Shown here: in pieces, positions 33,499 through 43,040 of the stretch | Numbering within the stretch: position 1 is the first letter of the stretch | How the letters are laid out: every line of letters starts with the position of its first letter | From: an uncultured Sphingobium sp. | Lineage (GTDB): Bacteria; Pseudomonadota; Alphaproteobacteria; Sphingomonadales; Sphingomonadaceae | Assembly: GCA_964544675.1 (NCBI GenBank) | Contig: CAZJCT010000003.1 | Coordinates: 6,203-70,202, forward strand | DNA length: 64,000 bases | Direction: 5' to 3' | Notes under the pieces: generated by a model | What the model was told of the DNA's origin: nothing | Databases searched by the model: none | The model's input: the letters and a program-made list of their open reading frames with translations, nothing else | Made by a program: the position numbers and the translations under genes

Positions 33499-36400
33499 AT
33501 GGCCGGCAATACCGCTGAAGTCATCGCCCGGCTGCGCCTGTCGGCGGACAAGTTCTCGGCCGACAGCGTCAAGGCCTGGTCGGATTTCGAGGCGCGCGGC
33601 GAGAAGGCGGGGAGCTCGATCAAGACATCGATCGGGCGCGCCCTGTCGGAGGTTGCCGCGTCGGCCAAGGTCGCGCTGCAGCTTCCCACGCTGGACAGCG
33701 GCCAGATCAACCTCAACACGCAGGCGCTGCGCAATCGTGCCGACGCCGCACGGCAGGAAGCGATCGTTCTTCGCGAGGTCGCGACCGCCGCCGAACGCGC
33801 CGCCAATTCGCAGGATCGAGCGACCGACGAGGCGCGCGCCTATGCCGTGGCGTCGTCCCAGCTCGCGCAGAAGGCGGAGGAGCATGCCAGCGCGCTCCGC
33901 CGCGAGGCCGATGCGCTCGATCGCGTCCAGGCCGAGCTGGGGCAGACCGCGCGAAGCTCGGCGGTATTCGGAACCCAGCAGAAGGCAGTCAACGACAACG
34001 CGCGCACCAACCAGCTCGCGATGCGCAATCTGGGCTACCAGATTTCGGACGTGGGCGCCTCGCTGGCCAGCGGCGGGAACCTCTTCCAGATCTTCGGCCA
34101 GCAGGTCGGGCAGGTGGGCGGTGCGCTTTCGGATATGACCGGCAAGGCGGGAGCGTTGGGGCGCTTCCTGACCAACCCGTGGGTCGCCGCGCTGACGACC
34201 GCCGGCATCGTCGCCGGCATGCTGGCGAGCCGCATCGGGGAAAGCGCTGACGCTGCGAAGAATGCCGACCAAGCTGCTCAGAAGTATGCCGAGCAGCTCG
34301 ACTTTCTGAAGATCGCGCACGACAAGCTCGCAGAGGCAATTGATCAGCAGGTCAAAGCGGCGCGCGAAGCGAATAAGGTTTCCGCCGCATCAGAGATCGC
34401 GGCGCGCAATGCGGCCCAAGCCAAGCTGAACGAGGCGATCGCGACCGAAAAACTGCGCGAAGCCGATCTCAGGCGCCAGCGCGACGAGCTGCGGCGGCGT
34501 GACAGCGCGATTGGCGGCGGCGACCCGATGACGGGCGACGTGAATCGCGCCCAGTCGGCTCTCGCCATTCAGCAAGCAGAGCGGGACCTTGAGGACGCCC
34601 GCAGGGCCATCAAGGGTCTTCAAGATGTGCTCCTTCAGAAGGGGATCACCGTTGCCACGTCGGAGGCACGTGCAGCGGGTGATCCCGTGGCCGCTGAAAA
34701 CCGGCGTCGGGATCTGGCGGAAGCAGAGCTGAAGCGAGAGGTCGAGCGGGGGACCATCTCGGTCGAGAAATACCGCGCCGAGCTCGAAAAGCTGAACCGC
34801 ACGTCAAGGGAAACGATCGACCGGATCCAGAGGGAGAATTCCGCCCGATCGACAGGCGGCACCAGCGCTACCGACGACGCCACCGTCGCGCAGGTCCGCA
34901 GTATCCTGGTCGGCGCATTCGGGGGCGTCGTGACATCGACCACCGGGGGCAGGCATGTCCCCGGCAGCGATCACTACAAGGGCCGCGCGATCGATTTCGT
35001 ACCGGCGGGCGGCGTGGGCAGCATCACGAAGACCGAAATCCGCGCGGTGCTGGAGGAAGCCGGCCTGCAGGTGAAGCGCAATGCAGCAGGCGTCGAGCAG
35101 CTCTTTGGTCCGGGCGATCGAGGGCACAAAAATCACTGGCATGTCGCCTGGGAGGGCGGAAAGGGCGCGATCGACAGTGCGCGTGTCGCGGAGCGTATCG
35201 CTGAGCAACGTCAGCGCCAGGACGAGGCGCTCACCCGATCCGCCGACGCGCTGATCAAAAAGTATGACGAGAGCGAAGCGGCACTTCGCGACTATGTCGA
35301 TCAGCTTCGCCAGATCGATGAGGCGGTCGCCGGCGGAAAGTTGACGCCGGAACAGGGCGACCTGTTGCGCAACGAGGCATCCCGGCGCGCGCGCCAGGCC
35401 GACGAACAGCGACAGCAGGAGGTGCGCGATCGTGAGCTGAAGCGTATCATGTCCACGGTGCCCGATTCCGCGGCGGAGTTCTCGGACGAGCTGGAGCGAG
35501 GCGCTCGCGCGCTCGAGGAATCGCTGAACAGCGGCGTCGCGGTGATGTCGGGCTTCTTTGGGAGAGACCTCGCCAGCCTGCTCAAGCGCGCAGCGGACCA
35601 GTCGCTCGGGCCGAACCAGAATTCGGCTTCGGTATTCCTGTCGTCGATCGGCAGCGCACGCAAGGATGCCTATGACGAGATCGGCCGCGAACTCGGTAAC
35701 GGGTTCGAGAAGGTTCTCGGCAAGAAGCTCGCCGGGAGCGTCGGCAATACGATCGGCACCGCTTATGCAGGCTATGAAGTGGCGGGCGGCATCAACAGCC
35801 TGCTGCTGGGCAGCAAGGCGCAAAGCAAGGGAAGCCAGATTGGCACCGGGCTGGGTTCGCTCGCCGGTGCCGCAGTCGGCGGACCGATCGGCTCGGTCAT
35901 CGGCGGGATAATCGGTGGCACGATTGGCGGGCTGTTCAGCAAGACGAAGAAGGCCAGCTCCACCCTTTCTCTGGTCGATGGCGAAGTGGTCGCGGGCGAC
36001 GCGCGCGGCAATTCCGGCAGCTACCGTTCCAATGCGAACAAGCTCGGCGGCGGGGTCAGCGATGTGCTGAACGATATTGCCCACCGGCTCGACGGCGAGC
36101 TGGGTGGCAGGCTGTCGGTCTCGATCGGGCAGCGGAAGAAGAACTTCGTCGTCGATCCGACCGGGCAGGGGCGCACCAAGGGCGCCGGCGTCCTGAGCTT
36201 CAAGGATGAGCAGGACGCGGTCGAGGCGGCGATCAGGGACGCGCTGAGCGACGGCGTGCTGCAGGGCATTTCCGCGGCGTCGCAGCGGATACTCAAGTCC
36301 GGCAAGGATCTCGATCGCGCGCTCCAGAAGGCGGTGACGATCGAGAGCATTCCGAAGGAGCTGAAGCGCCGGCTCGACCCCGTCGGCTTCGCCATCGATG

Positions 36401-36993
36401 AGGTCACCAAGCGGTTCGCGGATATCCGGAAGACGCTGCTGGAAGCGGGCGGATCGGCCGAGCAGATGGCCGAGGCGCAGAAGCTCTACAATCTGGAGCT
36501 TGCGGACGCCAAGGCATCAGCCGGCGGCGCCGCCGACAGCCTGAAGGATTTCCTGCAATCGCTGAAGGCGGGGTCGGGCTCCTATCTCAGCCTTACCGAC
36601 CAGGAGACCAACGCGCGCGCCGCGCTCCAGCCCTATCTCGACCAGATCGGCCGCGGCGAGTCGATCGACCAGCAGAAATATCTGGAGGCGAGCCAGACCT
36701 TCCTCGACATCGAGCGGGAGCTTTATGGCTCGACGTCGAAATTCTTCGACGCGCTGTCGGAGATCCAGGCCGCCACCGGGAAAGCGATCTCGACGATCGA
36801 CAATGCGGCGCCGATCCGAACGACGTCCGATCCCTTCATCCAGGAAACGGCGCAGGCGGCGAAGGCGACGGCGGCATCGGCCTCGAACCTCCAGACGCTG
36901 ATGGCGCAGGCCGTGGGGCTGCTCGACCAGATCGCCAGCCAGGGGGGCGGAACCGTGAATGACTGGCTCGCGCAGCAGCGGGGATTTGCCTGA
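33499..36993 (+). CDS. Tape measure protein with embedded peptidase-like domain
   Basis: LGYQISDVGASLASG..QQVGQ TMP motif, long helical Ala-rich body; HVPGSDHYKGRAIDF...HWH insert. Confidence 0.9.
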   Translation: MAGNTAEVIARLRLSADKFSADSVKAWSDFEARGEKAGSSIKTSIGRALSEVAASAKVALQLPTLDSGQINLNTQALRNRADAARQEAIVLREVATAAERAANSQDRATDEARAYAVASSQLAQKAEEHASALRREADALDRVQAELGQTARSSAVFGTQQKAVNDNARTNQLAMRNLGYQISDVGASLASGGNLFQIFGQQVGQVGGALSDMTGKAGALGRFLTNPWVAALTTAGIVAGMLASRIGESADAAKNADQAAQKYAEQLDFLKIAHDKLAEAIDQQVKAAREANKVSAASEIAARNAAQAKLNEAIATEKLREADLRRQRDELRRRDSAIGGGDPMTGDVNRAQSALAIQQAERDLEDARRAIKGLQDVLLQKGITVATSEARAAGDPVAAENRRRDLAEAELKREVERGTISVEKYRAELEKLNRTSRETIDRIQRENSARSTGGTSATDDATVAQVRSILVGAFGGVVTSTTGGRHVPGSDHYKGRAIDFVPAGGVGSITKTEIRAVLEEAGLQVKRNAAGVEQLFGPGDRGHKNHWHVAWEGGKGAIDSARVAERIAEQRQRQDEALTRSADALIKKYDESEAALRDYVDQLRQIDEAVAGGKLTPEQGDLLRNEASRRARQADEQRQQEVRDRELKRIMSTVPDSAAEFSDELERGARALEESLNSGVAVMSGFFGRDLASLLKRAADQSLGPNQNSASVFLSSIGSARKDAYDEIGRELGNGFEKVLGKKLAGSVGNTIGTAYAGYEVAGGINSLLLGSKAQSKGSQIGTGLGSLAGAAVGGPIGSVIGGIIGGTIGGLFSKTKKASSTLSLVDGEVVAGDARGNSGSYRSNANKLGGGVSDVLNDIAHRLDGELGGRLSVSIGQRKKNFVVDPTGQGRTKGAGVLSFKDEQDAVEAAIRDALSDGVLQGISAASQRILKSGKDLDRALQKAVTIESIPKELKRRLDPVGFAIDEVTKRFADIRKTLLEAGGSAEQMAEAQKLYNLELADAKASAGGAADSLKDFLQSLKAGSGSYLSLTDQETNARAALQPYLDQIGRGESIDQQKYLEASQTFLDIERELYGSTSKFFDALSEIQAATGKAISTIDNAAPIRTTSDPFIQETAQAAKATAASASNLQTLMAQAVGLLDQIASQGGGTVNDWLAQQRGFA

Positions 36994-37358
36994 TGGCGGC
37001 GGCAGAAGCGCTCGACATCTCGGCGGGCACGCGCGCGGCCGTCGTCGTGACATGGTCCGATGCGGCGGTGAAGGCGCTGTTCCCGTCGGCGAGGGACGGC
37101 GAGCTCAGCCCGGCGGAGGGCTTCTTCGACAGCGCAACCGATGCGCAGGCCTGTGTGAACGCACGCGGCGCGCTCATCGGCGCTTTCCGCCGCCGCTTTG
37201 CCGTGACGGCCAGCGAGCTTACCTGGCTCGATCCAGTGACCGGCCTTCCCGCTGCGCGCCTCATCGATGTCGAGCAGGCGGTCGACCAGGTGCTGCTTGT
37301 CGGACGCGTCGAGCTCGACCTCGAGGCGGAAACCACCACAGTCGAATTGTTCGGATAG
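36993..37358 (+). CDS. Tail protein
   Basis: Coupled to the TMP stop; tail module. Confidence 0.65.
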   Translation: MAAAEALDISAGTRAAVVVTWSDAAVKALFPSARDGELSPAEGFFDSATDAQACVNARGALIGAFRRRFAVTASELTWLDPVTGLPAARLIDVEQAVDQVLLVGRVELDLEAETTTVELFG

Positions 37359-37361
37359 CTC

Positions 37362-38156
37362 ATGGCAAAAGTGTGGCTGCTGAAGCCCCTCCCGATCGCC
37401 GCCGCAAGCGCGAGCAGCACCGCTGCGGGCTACGACCCGACCTATGTCGGCAACGATCATCTGGGCATCGTCTGGCGATCGGGCGGGGTCGCCAATCCGG
37501 CGATCGATATCGACGTTGGCGGGGACAGCCCGATCGATGCCGCGTTGCTGCTCGGACTGACCGGCGCGACCACGGCCTGGGATCTCAGCGTCAAGGCGGC
37601 GACCGCAGCGCAGGGGGCGGCATTCGGTGCGGGCAGCTATGCCGGCGCGTCGCAGGATCTTCTGGCGGGCACGGAAATGCCGACCAGCGGGCGAGGAATC
37701 GGCCTGTGGGCACCGGGCGATGCGCCCGCGTTCAGTCGCTATCTTCGCTTCACGGTCGCGCAGGGCGGGACGACGCCAGTGACGATCGGCCGCATCGTCG
37801 CTGGCAAGCGCCTGATGCTCAGCCGCAATTTCAGTTTCGGCGCGGCGATCGGCGTGCGCGACCTCGGCAAGCTCGACTTCTCGCGGCGGGGCATCCTCCT
37901 GCGCTCGCGCGGGGCCAGGCTGCGAACGGTCGGTCTTAAGTTCACCGCCGCGCGGCGCGAGGAGGTCGAGGCGGCGATCCTGCCGCTGATCGAGCAGATT
38001 GGGAACACCGATCCCGTCGCGCTGGTGCTCGACCCTGATCCGCACACGCAGCGCCAGCGGCGAATCCATTTCGGTTATCTGGTCGGCGACCTTCAGGTGA
38101 TCTGGGCACGGGCCGATGGCTTCGAATGGGCCGTCAACCTGGTGAGCGTCGTCTGA
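37362..38156 (+). CDS. Tail protein (distal tail-like)
   Basis: Position in the tail module; good ORF. Confidence 0.65.
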   Translation: MAKVWLLKPLPIAAASASSTAAGYDPTYVGNDHLGIVWRSGGVANPAIDIDVGGDSPIDAALLLGLTGATTAWDLSVKAATAAQGAAFGAGSYAGASQDLLAGTEMPTSGRGIGLWAPGDAPAFSRYLRFTVAQGGTTPVTIGRIVAGKRLMLSRNFSFGAAIGVRDLGKLDFSRRGILLRSRGARLRTVGLKFTAARREEVEAAILPLIEQIGNTDPVALVLDPDPHTQRQRRIHFGYLVGDLQVIWARADGFEWAVNLVSVV

Positions 38157-40114
38157 TGCCCGTCCTCGTCCGCATCGATGCCTATGACCCGGTCGCCGCT
38201 GCGCCGGTGACGCTGCGCGCCGCGAGCGAGGACGACGACCGGATCTGTCATCTCGACGGCACCGCCTGGTGGCCGGCGATCGCCGAGTTACCCAAGCTCC
38301 GCTACGATCTGTTCGACGGCGACTTCAGCGGGCGGATCCAGACGCCGGCGTCCTCGATGCGGCTGTCGATCGAGCCATGGCCGCTGTTCGGGCGCTATGC
38401 GCTGGCCGACGCGAGGATCCGCATCTGGACTGGCGATGCGGGCGCGAGCTTCGCGTCCTGGACCCTGCGCTTCGACGGGCGCGTGACGGCGCAGCCACGG
38501 ATTGCGGCGGGGGTGGCCGAATTGCCGTTCGCGGTCGATGACAGTTGGCTCGATGCGCCGCTGCTGTCGACCTATGCCGGCACGGGCGGCGCGGAGGGAC
38601 CGGAGGCGCTGAAGGGTTCGCCCAAGCCGCTGGCGATCGGCGCGCCACGCTATGTTGCGGGCGTGCTGGTCGATCCGGTCAAGCTCATCTGGCAGGTATC
38701 GGCCTATGGCCCGGTACAGGGGTTCGAGGACGCGCTGGACGGGCTGGCGCGGTTCGGGACGCCCGCCGCCGACCACGCGGGCTTTGCGGCGCTGGAGGCG
38801 GCGACGATCGCGCCGGGCGATTGGGCGACCTGCAAGTATGCGGGTCTCGCCCGCTTCGGCGCGCCGCCGAACGGGCAGATCAGCTTCATGCTGTCAGGCG
38901 ACGCCGCCGGCGGATGGTCGCGCAAGCCCGGGCAGATCATCCGGCGGATCGCGCAGATCGCCGGCGGCACGGGCAAGATCGAGGACGCCTCGCTCGACGC
39001 GCTCGATCTGGCGCGGCCGTGGGACCTGTCGGTCGCTATCGGCTCGCAGATCACGGCGCGCGAGCTGATCCAGCGCATTGCGGCCAGCGTCAACGCGGTC
39101 GCCGGCATGAGCTGGACGGGCAGGCTGTTCGCGGTGCCGATCGGGATCAACGCCTCGCAGATGACGCTGGCTGCGGACGGATCGATGATGCCGCAGGTCC
39201 GCGAGGTCGAACAGATCGCGGTCGGCGCGCCCTGGTGGCGTCTGACCACGCAGGCCGACCGGACGTGGGAAGTCCATGCGCCGGCGGCGGTTCAGTATTC
39301 GGAGCCTGCGGAGCCGGGTGCGACGAGGGGCGCGCCGACGGGCACCAGCGTCGCGGGGCGATCCGCCAGCCAGGTCGTCGCCGATCTCGACCAGAATGCG
39401 CTCAACATGCTGGCCGAGCAGACGCTGGCATCGACCTGGCGCGTCGAGCGCGACCAGCTCATTTTCATGGCGGACGGCACGCCGGTTCGCACTGTGACCG
39501 AGCAGCTCGGCATCGAAACCGACGACATCCAGCTTTTCGTCACCGAGGTGAAGGAGGTGAACCCGGTTTCGGGTGAGTCCAAGTTCCTGCTGGCGGCCAA
39601 TGCCGATGGCGTGATCACCGGGATCTACGGCCTATCCGGGTCAAGCGGCCTGAGCGAGCTGGGCTTCATGGCGTCGCGGTTCCTGTTCGTGGACGACAGC
39701 GGCCTGAACCCCGTGACCGCGATGGTCTACGAGGGCGGCGTCTGGAAGATGAAGGCGATCGAGGTCGATACGCTGAAGGTCGGCGCGATGGACTATGAGT
39801 TCGTGCTGAACCAGACCATCACTTCAACGCAAGGCTCGCAGAAGTTGCCGGGCGGCGTTGTGATGAAGTGGGGCCGGTACCGCGCTGCGATCAACGACGA
39901 GGTCCAGCTCAGCATCGTGTTCGATGATCCATTTCCGACTGAATGTCAGAGTTTCGTCCCGGTCCCCTACCTGTCTACCTTCTCGAACTACCGTGATCTG
40001 TGGCTCCAGAATGTGGGGGCACTGACCCGCTTCGGCGCCACCGTGGCAACACAGGCCGCCACATCGAACGCCCAGGCCATCGACGGCTTCGACTGGCTCG
40101 CGTTCGGCATCTGA
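38156..40114 (+). CDS. Tail tip / hub protein with C-terminal gp53-like fibre domain
   Basis: KPLAIGAPR motif; C-terminal QKLPGGVVMKWG...WLAFGI. Confidence 0.7.
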   Translation: MPVLVRIDAYDPVAAAPVTLRAASEDDDRICHLDGTAWWPAIAELPKLRYDLFDGDFSGRIQTPASSMRLSIEPWPLFGRYALADARIRIWTGDAGASFASWTLRFDGRVTAQPRIAAGVAELPFAVDDSWLDAPLLSTYAGTGGAEGPEALKGSPKPLAIGAPRYVAGVLVDPVKLIWQVSAYGPVQGFEDALDGLARFGTPAADHAGFAALEAATIAPGDWATCKYAGLARFGAPPNGQISFMLSGDAAGGWSRKPGQIIRRIAQIAGGTGKIEDASLDALDLARPWDLSVAIGSQITARELIQRIAASVNAVAGMSWTGRLFAVPIGINASQMTLAADGSMMPQVREVEQIAVGAPWWRLTTQADRTWEVHAPAAVQYSEPAEPGATRGAPTGTSVAGRSASQVVADLDQNALNMLAEQTLASTWRVERDQLIFMADGTPVRTVTEQLGIETDDIQLFVTEVKEVNPVSGESKFLLAANADGVITGIYGLSGSSGLSELGFMASRFLFVDDSGLNPVTAMVYEGGVWKMKAIEVDTLKVGAMDYEFVLNQTITSTQGSQKLPGGVVMKWGRYRAAINDEVQLSIVFDDPFPTECQSFVPVPYLSTFSNYRDLWLQNVGALTRFGATVATQAATSNAQAIDGFDWLAFGI

Positions 40115-40124
40115 GAGAGCTGAA

Positions 40125-40685
40125 GTGCCCGAACCCACCTGGTCCGAAATCGCCGCCGGCATGCAGGGCCTGATCGAAAGGTGCGATCGCATCGCCGACA
40201 AGTTTCAGGCCTGGTCGACCGGCGCGGCGAATGGCGGCCCCAATGGCGACGGACGCTATCCGCTCGAAGGGGCGGGCGGCGACGTGCTCGTTCCTTGCCC
40301 GGCGAAGATCGAGGCGGGCGGGTTCGACAAGGAGTGCCTTGTCCTCGCCTGCTTCAGCGACCTCTCGGTCGTATCGCAGGGCACCTCAGTGGCGCGGATG
40401 CGCGCGCCCTGGCCGATGAGCGTGACCGGCGTCCGGGCATCGCTCGCGGTCGGGAGCATGGCCGGGAACCTGACGATCGACGTGAAGGTCAACGGCGCAT
40501 CGATCCTTTCGACCAGGATCACCATTCTGGCCGGGCAGATCACCAGTCGCGCCGCCGGCACCACGCAGCCGGTGGTCTCGGCGGCGGCGATTCCCGACGA
40601 TGCCGAGATCACGATCGACGTGATCGCCGAGGGCATGGGCGCGCGCGGGCTGAAGGTCAGCCTGATCGCAAATACGACGGGATGA
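40125..40685 (+). CDS. Tail-associated protein
   Basis: W.TG.ANGGPNGDGRYPL motif; C-terminal beta-sandwich. Confidence 0.6.
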   Translation: MPEPTWSEIAAGMQGLIERCDRIADKFQAWSTGAANGGPNGDGRYPLEGAGGDVLVPCPAKIEAGGFDKECLVLACFSDLSVVSQGTSVARMRAPWPMSVTGVRASLAVGSMAGNLTIDVKVNGASILSTRITILAGQITSRAAGTTQPVVSAAAIPDDAEITIDVIAEGMGARGLKVSLIANTTG

Positions 40686-40689
40686 GCCA

Positions 40690-43014
40690 ATGACGATCGC
40701 CATCGCCGATGCGAAAATCTGCGGGAATCATCTCGATCTTGATTGCGCTGGCGGCAGCTATGTCCTCGGCGACCGCGCATGGCCGTCGATGGCTGCGGTG
40801 CCGGGGGTGACGCTGCTATCGGGTGGGGGTGTCGCGTTGCTCCCCGATGGATCACTTCGGAACTTCGCGGCCGGCACACCGCGTCAAGCGGCCGGGGTCG
40901 GGCTATTGCTCGAGCCGGCATCGTCCAATCTGCTGAGCCAATACAACACAAAGCCCTCATCGATCAGCGGGTGGGGTCTTCTTTCCAACCGCCCTGACGG
41001 CGCGACGCTGACGATCGTCAATGACAATGCCGCGCTGTACGCCGCGACTGATCCATCCGGGGGCGGGTACATCTTCCGGGCGCTGATCGACGCCGGCGTC
41101 ATGAACGGGATGGTTCTCCAGGCCTATAATCCCAGCGCCACCGAGGATTTCATCGTTCCCTGTTTCAACCGGCCCGCTGGCGAGACGCATGCGTTCAGCG
41201 CCTATGTGCGGTGCGTCGCCGGATCGGGCTATCTTACGATCACCGGCGGTGGCGGATCGACACCGGACTTTTCGGGGGCGGGCTGGCGGCGCGTTGGCCG
41301 AGTCCATCCGGCGACCGCCGGAGCGGGGCAGGTGCGACTGGTCGTCAGGCCGGAAAGCACGGTTCTTGTCATCCTCGCATGCCTGGAGCCTGGCGGGCAA
41401 ATCACAAGCCCGATCGTGGTTCAGGGGCGGAAGGCGGCGCGCGCGGCCGACCGGTTCGACCTGGTCGCGCCGGGGTTTCTGTCGCGGCCGCACGTCGCGG
41501 TCGTGGACGCGACGATCGGTGCGGCCGACTTTGTCGATCGCCGCCTGCTGACGATTGCGGACGATCGCGCGCTGCGCGAGATCACCGTCACGAGGCTGGG
41601 GCAGAACAATCGCCTCGCCACGACGATGACCGGGGCTGTAATGACGCCCTATCTTCCAAGGGTGCAGGGTGCCGGTCGATTGCTGGCAACGCTGCGGGTC
41701 CAGGCGCGCGAGCGAAGCATGGGCTTCGGCGGCGCGCTTGCGCACGATCCGTTTTCGTTGCCCCCCAAAAGGTTGCAGCGGATCGTCCTGGGATCAGCCC
41801 AGGACGGGAGCGCCGCACTGACGGGCTGGATCAGGCGCCTGTTGGTGACACCGGAGCGCGACGACGAGCAGCTGCGCGCGATGTCGGTGCCGCCTGCGGG
41901 TTCGGTGGCGATCGACATCTTCCGCTACATCGACCCGGCGGGCAGTGACGCCAATGATGGGCTTTCTCCGGCGTCGGCGTGGCGGACGCTGGGCAAGATC
42001 GCGACCGGTGACGTGCCGGGCGGGGCGCATGTGCTCCTGAAGCGCGGCGGCAGCTGGTCGGAGACCTTGCTGCCACTCGCGAGCTGCACGTTCGGCGCCT
42101 ATGGCGCCGGCGCTCGACCGAGGATCGGGATCGGGCAGCAGTTCGGTGTCGATGAGAACGGCGCGAGCTATTTCCGGCTCGAAGACCTGCACGTTACCCA
42201 ATGCACTCAGCGGCCCTTCAACCAGAACGGTTTCGGCGGCACGCAGATCGCGCGGTGCGAGTTCAGCTACAGCGGCGGCACGGACCCGAGCGCGCTGGCG
42301 ATAGCGTTCCGAAACGGATCCAACTTCATGGTCCGCCTGTCCTACATCCATCATTGCCGCGGTGACGGCATTTTCGTCCAGTTCGCAGGCGGCGCGAAGA
42401 TCATCGAAGGCAATGTGATCGAAACGCCGACCGGCAACAACGATGCTGACAATATCCAGATGTCACGTGACGACCCGGGATCGCGGCAGGTGGTCCGTTT
42501 CAACTGGGTTAGCATGCGCACCCTGCCAGGCGTAATCTCCGGAAAGGGTGGCATGGTGTTGGAGGGACCCTGCGAATGTACCGACAATCGTGTGATCGGC
42601 ATGAATTTCTGCATCGGATTCAGTTTCGATGACATCTATTGCGCCCGCAATCATGTAAGCGATGCCGATCTGAACGATTACAGCTGGGGGATAGCCGTCT
42701 CGAACGATACCGACAGCCATCGCGTAACTTTCGAGGACAACATCGTCGAGCGCGTGAATCGCGGGCTTGCCATTACAGGCCAGGGCGGATCGCCGACAAC
42801 GGGTCCGAAGCGGATCGACCACGTGATCCGCCGGAATATCGTGGAAGACTGTCCCGCAGCGCTGTTCGTCAATCGTCCGGTGAGCGGGCGCTTCACCAAC
42901 AATCTGATCCAGAATTGCGACGAGCCCTTCGACCTGCCGGCGACGATCACCGTCGCCACCGGGGGCCGCTACACCGACTTTCGTCTGATCGGCAACCGCG
43001 TCGAAGCGGACTGA
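40690..43014 (+). CDS. Tailspike/fibre with right-handed beta-helix (pectin-lyase-like depolymerase)
   Basis: GLLLEPASSNLL and RAAD spike motifs; YIDPAGSDANDGLSPASAWRTL...LLKRGG followed by parallel beta-helix repeats. Confidence 0.75.
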   Translation: MTIAIADAKICGNHLDLDCAGGSYVLGDRAWPSMAAVPGVTLLSGGGVALLPDGSLRNFAAGTPRQAAGVGLLLEPASSNLLSQYNTKPSSISGWGLLSNRPDGATLTIVNDNAALYAATDPSGGGYIFRALIDAGVMNGMVLQAYNPSATEDFIVPCFNRPAGETHAFSAYVRCVAGSGYLTITGGGGSTPDFSGAGWRRVGRVHPATAGAGQVRLVVRPESTVLVILACLEPGGQITSPIVVQGRKAARAADRFDLVAPGFLSRPHVAVVDATIGAADFVDRRLLTIADDRALREITVTRLGQNNRLATTMTGAVMTPYLPRVQGAGRLLATLRVQARERSMGFGGALAHDPFSLPPKRLQRIVLGSAQDGSAALTGWIRRLLVTPERDDEQLRAMSVPPAGSVAIDIFRYIDPAGSDANDGLSPASAWRTLGKIATGDVPGGAHVLLKRGGSWSETLLPLASCTFGAYGAGARPRIGIGQQFGVDENGASYFRLEDLHVTQCTQRPFNQNGFGGTQIARCEFSYSGGTDPSALAIAFRNGSNFMVRLSYIHHCRGDGIFVQFAGGAKIIEGNVIETPTGNNDADNIQMSRDDPGSRQVVRFNWVSMRTLPGVISGKGGMVLEGPCECTDNRVIGMNFCIGFSFDDIYCARNHVSDADLNDYSWGIAVSNDTDSHRVTFEDNIVERVNRGLAITGQGGSPTTGPKRIDHVIRRNIVEDCPAALFVNRPVSGRFTNNLIQNCDEPFDLPATITVATGGRYTDFRLIGNRVEAD

Positions 43015-43040
43015 CTCTCCCTCCACCGAAAGGCCATGAC

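Noticed and set aside
42639..43040. N-terminal extension of the 738-aa ORF
   Set aside because: Overlaps the tailspike gene out of frame; GTG 43041 with an RBS is the plausible start.
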